Part shown: one piece after another, positions 36,401-48,400 of the stretch
Numbering within the stretch: position 1 is the stretch's first letter
How the letters are laid out: every line of letters begins with the position of its first letter
Source of the DNA: a virus
Taxonomy: Duplodnaviria > Caudoviricetes
Length of the DNA: 62,854 bases
Direction: 5' to 3' (one strand)
Virus record (IMG/VR): IMGVR_UViG_3300044634_002660
Coordinates: 1 to 62,854 of that record
Made by a program: the position numbers and the translations under genes
Notes under the pieces: generated by a model
Databases searched by the model: none
Told to the model about the DNA's origin: nothing
What the model saw: only the letters and a program-made list of their open reading frames with translations

Positions 36401-39400
36401 AGATACATCAAAAACAAAGAAAGCCTCTGCAAAAGCGACGGAAAATGTTGCTGAAGCGCAGGCTGATGTTGATACAACTGCTGTTGTCGAGCAGGGTAAA
36501 GAAGATGAAAAGACAGCAAAAGAAACAAAACCAAAAACTGGTAGAAAACCTACAGTAAAGAAAAAATCAGAAGAAGCAGTCGATAATACTGCTGAAGCGC
36601 AATCTACTGCAGATGCTGCCACTGTTGTTGAACAAGGCAAAGAAGACAAAAAGGTTGTTGAACAGACAAAGCCAAAAACTGGTAGAAAAGCTCCAGTAAA
36701 GAAGGCTTCTGATAAAGCAGTAGACAATGTTGCTGCTGAACAAGCAAAAGCTGATGCAAAGGCGGCTGAGCAGCAGGGCAAGGCTGATGCCGCAGTAGTT
36801 CGTTCTGGTCCAAGAACAATTAAAGCAAGACTTAAAAGAAAGCCATTCCTTAAAGTTGATAAGAATCTTGAAGGAACTATTGGAGCCTTTAGTCATTTAA
36901 CTTCAACAATTAATGAAATGGTTGCCAACGCACAGCAAGTTAAAAAAGTTTCTGTTGAAGAAGCAATTGCAAAATTAAATTTAGGTATTAAAGGTTCTAA
37001 AAAACTTCGTTTTACTCCTAAAGACTTTACTCGTCTTGCTGAATTGATGGGTGTAATCCTTCCTCAAGCTTTTTATGAAATTCAAGAGTTTACAAATAAA
37101 GCCGGGAAGCCACTACAGATTCAGGCAGATAGTCTTCAAAATATAATTAATGCTATTGCAAAAATTGTTCCAGCATCTGAATCCCTTCCAGAGCTCGCTG
37201 GTAAAAAAGTTTTAAAAATTGAACAAGATTTGAATAGAGCATTTATTGCTCTTGAAAAACAAGGTGGAACAAAAGCTTTTAATATTGGTAATATTGTTGG
37301 AACATTGCGTCATACATTGAATGAAGCAATAAACATGATGATTCCAAAAGAAAACTTAAAAGAAGGTGTCGTTGTTCCATTAGAGGAGTTAACTTACAGT
37401 GACCTTGGAACTGGTGGAAGAAGAAGTCGTGGTCGAAAAGTAAAAGCAAAACCACTTGACTATGATAGTTATGTAGATTCTGCAATACAATTTACAAAAA
37501 CTTCTACAGGTACAGAATTTTGGCGGAAATTAAGAAAAAATTTACAACTTAGAACAGGTAAATCACTGTTTGAAAAGTCGATGACCGAAGAATCATTGAA
37601 TCAATCATATGGTCCAGCAACTGGTGAAGTAACTGAAGGAAATGTAAGAGTTGCAAGAGCATTATCTTTTGGCAGAGCAAAGAGTAGAGGTGCGAGAGCG
37701 CTATTCAGAAGAGAAATAGACTTTGCTAGTTCATTAGATAAACTTACAGAAGAAGCATACAATGCTCATCGTGCAAAAATTGAAAAAGGAATTGCCGATG
37801 CAAGAGCTCGTATGGAAGTTATTAAAAAAATGTTTAGTGCGGGTATGGACACTGACCCGGATAAAACAAAATTATTTTCTATAGATGAATTAAAAGCTGC
37901 ATTAGCGGATTTTGAAAGAGAAATGCGCGAGGCTAATCTTAATGAGGATATTAACGAAGTAATTGAAAAACTTAAAGGTCAATCGGAAATTATTTCTAAA
38001 AATAGAAATAGACCAGGCAAACTTGTGTCTGGTGAAGATGCTATTTTTGATATTTCAAAGAGGTTAGATGAAAACCTCGCAAAAGCTGAAGCATCTTTAA
38101 AGGCAGAGTGGGGAGATGCCGCCCCAGAGGGAGCAAGAAAATCAGCAATTAGAGCGGCCTTTAGGCAAACAGCAAGCGATTTGCAATATGCTTACATGGA
38201 GCAATTAGCATTATTCCAAAAGCAAGTCACCAAAGAAACTCCAGAAGTTGCAAGAAATCTTGCTATTGCAGATGAGAATGTTGAAATTGCAAGAGGCAAA
38301 CTTAAAGATGTAAAAGGTCTTAAGGTTGGCTCTGAAGAAGGAAAGGAATATTTCAAAGGTCGTAAAAAAGCTGATGTTGTTAAGGGTCTTGAGAAAGAAT
38401 TAAGTTTATTAGAAGAACAAAGACATGCAATTAAACTTCAACATGATGAATTAGTTAGAAGAAATCAGGCTGAGCAAGAAAATATTAGGAATCTTGAAAA
38501 AGTAAGAGATGCACAACTTGCTATTCTACAATCAAGAAGGGTCGATATTGGTCTTCAGCCAATTACAATATCTGGTCCAGCAATCGAAGATACTTCTCCA
38601 TCAAGCAGCGAAAGAGCAGAGGCTTATTGGAAATCAAGATCAGAGTCCATGTCGAAAGCTCTCAACCAAGAAGATGCAGACAAAAGAGCTCCTGATGCAA
38701 TTTCCACAACGGTAGTTAATGCTATTACTCAAGTTTCTCAAGAGATTCTTGATGCAGAGCAAGTCGTAAAGGCAGCAAGAGAAAGATTAGATGAACTTAT
38801 TGGTCTTAGAACAGATATTTCAATGTCTGAACCGGGAAAGCCTTTTGCTGAAAAAGCACAAGCAAGAGTTAAAGAAGCTGTTAAAAATCTTAAAGTTAAA
38901 GCCGCTAATATTGATAAAGAAATCGTTAAACAAGAAAAAACTCTTGAAGAAGCAAAGACTGAATTAGCAAAAGTTAGTGAAAGAAGTCGTGCTGGTGGTG
39001 GAGGTCGAACTGGTTCTGTAAACCTCGGAATGCCAATGGCCGGTGGTTTTGGTGATCCAATGTCAACAGACCTTTCTCCAAGAGGAGGAAGAAGATCTCC
39101 TCTTGACATGATGACACCAAGAAACATCATGAGCATGATTCCTTCCGGTGGAGATTTAACTCCTGACCTTAGCGGTGTTATTGAAACTCTGTTTAAACAA
39201 ATTTCTCAAGCTATCGGAGCACCTGCTGAGGTTATGGCGGGGGTTCTTAAAGATATTGATGACAGAGCAAAGAGAGTTTCAACAATTGTAAATACTTCTC
39301 TTGATCAATTTGATAATGAACTTGTTAATAAACTTATTACTCAAATTCAAGGCCTTCTCGGAGATAGTGAATTAACTGTTGAAAATATTTATAATGCAAT

Positions 39401-42400
39401 TCTTGGTGCAAGAAACCAAATTTATGGAATGGTTCCAAAAGAGATTAAAGGTAATGTAATAAGTGGTAAAGCAACTGCTGAGCAAGTTACTGGTCTTGTT
39501 GAGGCTTTAAATCTTTACAATGTTTCAAAAGAAGAACTTCTTAAACTTGATGCAAGAACATTGAGAAAGATTGCTGAAAAGATGAAACTTGAAGGTAGAG
39601 CAAAGGCAAGTGAAGATGTTCTTGCCGGTCTTATCCATAATGCAATATTTAATCTTGATAAAGAAACAATTAAGGCAATTGATCTTGTTGCTCTTATGCC
39701 TGTTGTTGAAGCAGGAGCAACTGTCAAGACTGCTGGCAAAACTGTTCCAAAACCAGCTGCTCAGAAGAAAGTTAAAGAAGCGGTTATTAAACTTGAGGAT
39801 ACTGTTGAGGAAGTGATTGTGACAACTGAGCAGGTCATTGAGACAACGGCAAAAACAGTTGATGCTGTATTCGTCAAAATACAGAAGTCTATTCCAGTCG
39901 CTGTTCGCGTTGGGCAATCCGTCTTAGACCGTAGGGCTACAGGAATCGGAAGCGGTTGGAAGGCATCTGACGATCCAGTTTCTCCACCAATTGCTCCGAA
40001 CTTACCACGCACTCCGGGGCCATTCCCTCCACCAAGATTTGGCTACGGAGGAACAGATTCTCAAGATAAATTCCTTCTTAGCCTTGTTAAAATCATAGAT
40101 GCTTCTGTTTCTGCTGGTAAAGCAGTTGGTTCTCTATACCTGTCGGTCATGAGGGCTGGAACAATGATGCTTCCATTTGGCAAGACTGTATGGAACATTG
40201 GTTCAGGATTCGTTTCCTTAACACAAAGCGCAATTGCTCTTTATAAGAGCTCTAAGGAGGCTGGAACGGGTCTTCAGGGCGTTGGGAAGACTCTTAAAGA
40301 GATTGCGAAAGCAAAGATATTTGGTGGAACATATACAAATGCACAAGGTAAGCAAGTCGAATCAGCTGGTGTTCTTGGTCGATTGAGCGGAACTGCTGGT
40401 TCGATAAAGCAAGCATTCTCTGGTGCAGCAGGTAGTGGTATTCAAGGTCTCATCAATACGGCAACAATGGGTATGGGGCAATTTGGATTTGTTGCTGGCA
40501 ATGTTCTTCAGAACCTGACTTCTGCACTCCAAACAATCCCGTATGTTGGAGGTCCAGTAGTTGGCATTCTTGGTGCAATTGCTGGCTCAATTTATCTTCT
40601 CATTAAGTCATCAACCATTTGGAAAGGAACAAACGAAGAAGCCTTTAAAAACTTTAAAGATGCTTGGCAAAATATTAAAGACATCTTGTCTGCAATCGCA
40701 GGCCCGTTTGAAGACTTCATCGGAACGCTTCTTGGAGCTCCAGAGGCTGGTGCAAACGCAACTGATTCGGCAAAAAGCAAGCTCCTTGCATTCTCAAATT
40801 TCATTCTCAACCTTTCTAATAGAATTGAATCTTTTGTAAAAGACTACATTGTTCCAGCAATTAGAAGATCACTAGAAATTGTTGTTTATATATTTAATGC
40901 AATTAAACCATTTGCCTCAGCAACTGTTGGATTGGTTGTTGCAATCTTTAATCAGATAACAAATAGACAAGCAAATATGGTTAAAAAAGCAGGAGATCTT
41001 TTCAAGCAAGGAACTCAAGAAGCAAGCGCTGGAAACTTTAGAATGGTTGATAATGCAATCAGAAATGTTAAAAGTGTTGAAGATGCTTGGGCAACATTTA
41101 AAAATTCTTTTAAAAATGTTTGGGAAGCAATTACTAATATTGTTCAATATTATTTATCAATAATTTATCTTAGAGCATATATGTTCTTAAATCTTGCAAT
41201 GGCAGAGATTCTTCAATCATTGGTTAGTCTTTTCTTTGAAGCCGGTCAGCAAATGGGTGAGGCTATTCAGAATGGTATGTTTTCAAAAATCAAAGGACCA
41301 CTTAAAGTTCTTAGCTATCTTAGCCCAGTAGCTAGAGGATTAGGCCCTCTAGGCTCCCTTATAGGGATGGCAAGTAGTGGTGCTCAAGGAGTATCCAATA
41401 ATTTCTTTGATAAGACACAAACAGATATCACAAGTAAGTTTAATAAGATGATTAAAGCCATTGAAAGCAGCGGTCAAGGTAAAGCAGCTTTTGATAAACT
41501 TCTTAATTCCTTAATGCCAAAAGGCGCTGGAAGTGGACTGTTCAAGTCGTTTAGAGATTTACTTACTAAAGTATTTAAAGACCCAACTGCTGCAAATGCT
41601 GCTGCTGACAATTTCAAGGATGCTGTAAATAGTGCTTTATCAAACCTTAAGCAAACCTTCTTTAATGCCGCATTAAGCGGTTTAAGCGATGCTGTTTCAA
41701 AAATCAAGAGTGAAGTCTCCGATATTCTTGAGACTCAAAAAGAAGAGTACCTTAAGGCTTATGATGATCAAATTGCTGCTATTGACGCAATGGTTGAGGC
41801 TGAGCAAAGACTTACCGCAACAGAAGAATATGAAGCTGACAAGAGACAGAGAATCAAGGATAGAGAACTTCAAAGACAGAACTATCAGAAGAATCGTACT
41901 TTGGCAATCTATGAGGGAAGAATTGATGATGCACGACAACTTGACCTTGAAGAGCAAAAAAACATTTCAGATTTCAATAAAGAAAATGCCGATGCAGAAA
42001 CTGCAAGGAATAGAGATCTTCAAGGTAACGCAAGAGCAGATGCAAAAGCAGTTATTGAAAAGCAAAGGTTGGAGGCTTCTAAATTATTTGATCAGGCAAT
42101 TAAGGATTTCAACGAGTATGTCGAAACTGTCGGTAAGAATGGAACATTAACAGAAGCTCAATTAACAGAGCAATGGAAAAAAATCTCTGAAGAAGCAGAA
42201 AAAACCTCAAAGGGATTGTATGACACATTCAAAACTTCATTTGAAGCTCTTCCGGGAGCAATATCCGCTGTTACCAATTCTGCTGGTGGTCTATTTAACA
42301 TTCCATACGACAAATTAATTGAAGAAACAAAGAAGCAATTTGGTATTGGAAATGAAAATGCAGACTCAATACTTGGCTTAACAAGATCGATGCTCACAGG

Positions 42401-45400
42401 TCAGGGTTCTGCAATATCCAGTGCTTTCGACACAAGTGGTCCAATTACAAAATCTTATTCTGAAGGTCTTGAGAAGTTAAAGACTTATATTGCAACTAAA
42501 AATTCTGGAGAGGGAGAGGATAGCCTTAAGGGCATCTTCAAGAAGATTATTGCTGACGCTAACGAAGCAGCAAGGCAAGAAGTTCTCAAGGGGCAGACTG
42601 GTATTGGAAGTGCATTTGACCAGTTGGTTGGGAAAATGGATGCATCTCTTAGAAAGCTTGCGATAAAGGATATTGTCGCAGCTCAACTTAAAGAAGCGAT
42701 TGATCTTGTTAATAATACGACAATCCCTGCTCCTCGAATTCAAAACAGAACCGATGCAAGTGGTAATAGTGGATTTGGCGCTGGTGGACAGAGAGTGCCA
42801 GCAGGCAGTAATCAACCAACTCCCGGATTTGATCCTAGGTCAGTGTTTGGTCTTACAAGTGGTCAAGACACTACATCACAGGGTCAGTGGTGGTCAAGAT
42901 TTAGACTGAATAACAAATCTCCTTGGAATGCTTGGAATAAATTTGCAGCAGACAAACTTCCTATGTATCAGAACTTCCAGTTAAAGAATCCACAAAGATG
43001 GGAACTTAAGTTCCTTCCAAAGTCGATTGCTGTTGATCCTAATACAGTTATTGGTGGCACAAACTTCGGCCCAGTTCGTTTTAATGGTGGAGCTATCCCG
43101 TATGGAAATGGTGGTCCAACAGAAGGTCCAATGCATCAAGGCATCCCCGCAATCCTTCATGGCGGTGAGTATGTTGTTCGGAAGTCTGCTGTTGATAAGT
43201 ATGGCACCGGAATGCTTCAAAAAATCAACCAAGGAACATTTGGGAAGAAAGGCGGTTTCTTTACTGGTGGAAGAGTTCGTGGAAGCAGCTTGGATGTTCC
43301 TGGTCTTAATATGGGAACAGATCCTAAATTTAATACAACAAGAGATGTAATTCGTAAACAATATACTAGTTTTTATGAAGGACTAGAGAAATTGGCCCCT
43401 AGTAGAGATAGAGCTCTTTATGAATGGCAAGTTTCAATGGGTGGTCTTAATTACAATTATATGAGAGAGATTTGGAGAAAAGAATCAAAAGATTGGGCTA
43501 ATAAAGGTGAATACGCTGGTGGTGGTCTTGGGATTGAATATGACAACTGGAAAAAATGGGGAGGTTTGGAATTCTCAGATTTCCCATATAATGCAAATCC
43601 ATATCAACAAATGGCTGTTTATAACAGAATGTTTGCTCTTGGTTATAAAGGAAAATATGGCGTAAAAGAAAAAGCCTTTAGTGCGGCTCAAAGAATTAAA
43701 GATACTTATGGTGGTAAATTGGCTGCTTTCCATTTTGGTTCAAAACAACTTTATGACAATGATGCATTTGTAAATAAAAATACTCCATCAAATAAAGATA
43801 AAACAAACAACTCTATTATTGTTTCTGAAAAGGATGGCATTGGGTACACACCAACAGGTAGTGCCGGATTCCGCAACTTCATTCCAATCTCTAGATTGAG
43901 AGATAGAAGAGGTAAAAGATTTGTAGACGCAAGATCTTCTTCCTACAAGCCATTCTCTTTGTTTAATGGTGGTTCAATGCCTCAATTCAAAAAGGGAGGC
44001 CCAGTCCGTTTAAGTTGTGGTATTTGTGGAAAAGGGTTTGCAAACGGAGGTCTGTTAAGAGCTCATCAACACACAGGTCATTTCAATGGTGGTTTGCTAC
44101 CAAGTTATAAAGTTGGTGGAACTGTAAAACCTGCTGCAGTAACTTTAGATGAATCGATTTATGGTCCAGAGCCAACAATTGATGAAAAAATGATTAAATA
44201 CATTTCTTGGTATAATAAAGACACAACGCCATATGATGCTCTATTCGATGTAAGACTAGGCGTTTCTGAGAGAACCGATCTTGGTCTTGTTAAAGGTATG
44301 GGAGATATTGGAACTTTAAGTAAATTCTATGAGAATGAAAAATATCCAAAAGGAACTATTGGTATTGGAAATATTTCCGATAAGAAAAATAAATACAATC
44401 GTGCAATCCTTACTTTAAAGAAAAACGCTCCTAAAAATGCAATTGATTATTTTAAAAAACTTATTTATTCTGAAATACAACGAGCAAAGAAAGTTCAAAA
44501 ATATCAAGAATACTATTTATCACAAGAAGAGAAATTTGCTTCTGATTATGCGCCATCTCCAAGTAAAGCTTTTGTAAACATACGAGGATTTGACTTCCAA
44601 CCTTATGAATATGACTGGCAAACAACAAGTATTGAGATGATGGCGAATCAACTTAAACAAGGAAACCTTAATAAAATTAAACCATTGAAAGCTTTTTATC
44701 AAAATTGGGATTCTAGTAAAGTTAAAAAGATTATTGGTATTGATCCTATAAAAGAAGGGTTCTATACAGCAATGAATTCCGTCTCCAAAGTAATAGGATT
44801 TGATGATTTTTCTATTGCTGATTCAAAAAATGCATTTCAAGATGCTAGAAAATATTTTAATAATAATAAAAATGTATTGGCTTTAAATGCACAGCCTTTT
44901 CCTCCTGGAGAACTTCCTGAAGGAAGTACTATAGGAGGAAGAGCTTCTGTATTCATGCCAGAAAAAATTGGAGGATCATCGTCTATATCAGCAATAGATT
45001 ATAATCCTAAAGTACTTGATTACTACCTAGATCACTATAAGAGAGGGGATATTGATAAATCTACTCTCAAGATACAACAACATATGAAACCTGATGCTTG
45101 GAAGAGAATATTTCTTCATGAATTTGGTCATTCTATTAATCTAGGTCACCTTGATGAAGGCTACAGGTCATACAGAAGCGGAGAAGAATTACCAAAAGGC
45201 TTTAGTTCACCATTTGATAGAAATGAATCCATTATGTCTTATGCATATGTAAATCAAGATGATACCCCCGCAAGATTTGGTATTGGAGACATTGCATATA
45301 TTCAAAGACTGCAAGATATTATTTTTAAAGGTAAAAAGCCAAAAACCCCAAAGGCAACGGTTCCATCAACAACGACAACTACTCCATCAAGACCTACTAC

Positions 45401-48400
45401 TACAACGACAACTCCTTCAAGACCTACAACAACGACAACTGTTCCATCAAAACCTACTACGACTACAACTGTTCCAAAGGCTCCTACTACAACTGTTCCT
45501 CCAAAAACGACTACAACAACTGTTCCACCTACAACGACAACAGTTCCTACTGTTCCTTGTCCTACAATCCCTGGTGTAACACCAATACCTAATCCAACAA
45601 TACCAAATCCTGGTACTACAACAACTATTCCTAAAATACCTGGGGTTACTCTTCCTAATGGCACAACAACAACATCAATTCCTGGTATTGACAATACAAA
45701 ATGTAAAGTAATACCAATTAGAGTTTGGGATAACGATAAAAATCCAGGATTTACAGAGGATAGTTTTGCTGGAATGACTTGGCCAATGGCAAGAGATTCT
45801 CAATCTGGATGGAGAAAATGGTTTAGAGAAAGAAAAACTATTGGATCAAAATGGACTTACTGGAAAGTTGTAAATCCTAAAGAAAAGGCAAAGCTTGCAA
45901 AGAAGCAAGTTAAGAATCCTGAGCTTATTGAGAGTATTCAATATCCGGTTCCTCATGACCCAAATGCTTGGCAGATGGAGAAAGACAAATACCCAGAAAG
46001 ACAACCCAGTAGGGGAGGAAGTAAATCCGGGAAAAATGGCAGAACATGGCGTATTAAATGGGTAAAAACTTGTGAGACTACTCCACCAACAGGAACAACA
46101 TCGTCAACATCAACTACAACAACCATGCCAAATGGAGTTCCATCAACATCTGTTCCTGGAGTTACGACATCTACAACACCAATAAGACCAATACCTAACC
46201 CAACAATACCTCAGCCCTGTTTCCCTCCAGAAATTTATCCAACAGGGTTAAAAGTTCCACAATCTAGAATTGTTGCTATTTATGACAAAGATCCAACATC
46301 AAGATTTGTTGGTGGAATTATGCCATATGCAAATGGAGGTCCAACGGTAGGACCAATGCATAAAGGTATTCCTGCCATTCTTCATGGTGGTGAATATGTT
46401 GTAAGAAAGAGTGCGGTTGACAAATATGGCACCAACATGCTTCAGAATATTAATCAGGGCACATTTGGTAAAAAAGGCGGTTACTTTAAAGGTGGTCTTA
46501 TTCCATCAGGGCTTGAGGTATCTTCCGATAAGAAAAATCTGTCCAGATTGGGATCTCTTAAAATCCCAAGACTTCAACTTAACAGTCCTGTATACGAAGG
46601 TGTAAATGAGGATACATTGAATGCTGGTCTTGGACATCAACCGGGTACACCATTTGGATGGTTGGGTAATACCGTTATTGGTGGACATCGCACTAAAGGC
46701 AATAGCCTATTTAGAAATATTACAAAAATGATTAAAGGCGATAAAATTAATTTAACTAGAGGTAATTCTAGTTATGAATACGAAACCGCTTATTCAAGAA
46801 TTTTAAAACCAAATCAAGTTCAAGAATTAATGGGACAACCTCAAGGTCAAGTTAGTGGTTATAATTCAATATTAAGCCTCTTCTCATGCCATCCTCTTGG
46901 TTCAACAAAACTTAGATACATTCTTATTGCTAAATTAAAAAAGGCTTTTGATGGTAGAAAGGTTTCTAGATACAAGATTGGTGGAGTTGTAAAGGGAGGC
47001 AAGAAATCAAATCCTGCCGGAAATCCACCTCCTCCATACAAGACATGGGAAGAGTATTTTGCTGCAGAGGGACCACTAACGCCATATCAAAAATCTATTA
47101 TGATTCCTAATAGGAATAATAGTAGTAACCTTCAACCTTACGATAAGAAATGGCGCGCTGAAATAAAAAGAAAAAATGAGGCTTTTGATAAAAGTTTTAT
47201 TAATAGATTTGTCAAACCTGTTAGTGAGATTTTTGGTCCTATGGCTGCTATCAAGTTCGGCGCAGAAACAATTACTGGTAAAGACCTAGATGCCGCTGCT
47301 GGTTCTAATAAAAAACAAAACCGTCTTGGTTCTGCTGCCAACACCATTTTGTCGTTAATACCCTCAAAGGTTGTAACAAAACCACTTGGAAAGATTGCAT
47401 CAAAAACTGGTATTTCTGGAATTGCTTCTAGAGTTATTGGAAAGGGTTCTGGTTTAATTGGTAATCAACTTAAAGGTTTCAAATCAAAATTTGCATCAAT
47501 GTTTAAGGGTCTAAAATCTTCAAAGGCAGCGAATAGTGGTGTGATTGAAGATCAAATACCAACACACTGGGGAGCAATTACTCAAGGATTAAAGGAAGGG
47601 GTTATTCCAACAAATAAACAAGCAGTTGATGCTATGCTTGCAAGGCAAGCACTTGAATTATTTGATGAATTAGATTATTTAGTAACTGGTCAAATAAAAG
47701 GTAGTGTCAATAGCCTTGATAAAGCTCGATTCTTAGATCAGTTAATTCTTGATGCAATAAATGATGTCCCTACAACTGCCACTAAAGATTTGAGCGTAGA
47801 AGACAGACTTTTTGGTATAGCTAAAAGTCTTGCTAATCTTTTAAACCCAAAAAAGGGATTAAGCGCTCTTGACCCAAGAATTCTTCCAAAATCAAAAGAA
47901 TTAATTGAATATCAACAATTTGTAAAAGATTTTAATGGAATGCTATTGCGTGAAGTGGAGTTAAGATCTTCAGCTTGGAATAAAGCAAATCCAAATGCAA
48001 CCCGTGAAGAACAAAGTGTAGCATATAAAGATATTCTCGATAACTGGTATGATAAAAATAAAATTCCAGATACTCCACTTTCAACAAATGATATTGCTCC
48101 TAATACAACTAAAAAAATTAAAACACCTAATAAATCTAAAAAAAATAATATCTTTAACCCTTTTAAAAATATCTCACCAAAAAATAAAAAATTTAATGGT
48201 GGAGCTATTCCATACTTTGATGGTGGTAGTACATACGGATCAGAGAGCCAAGGAATTCCTGCAATTCTTCATGGTGGTGAATATGTAATTCGTAAATCTT
48301 CTGTTAATAAATATGGAACAAATATGCTTCAAAATATCAATCAGGGTATTTACAAGAAAGCTGGTCAGTATAAGATTGGTGGATATGTTGATGGAATTAA

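Noticed and set aside
40000-40020. LPRTPG as a sortase sorting signal
   Set aside because: It is not LPxTG and lacks the following TM helix and basic tail at a C-terminus.
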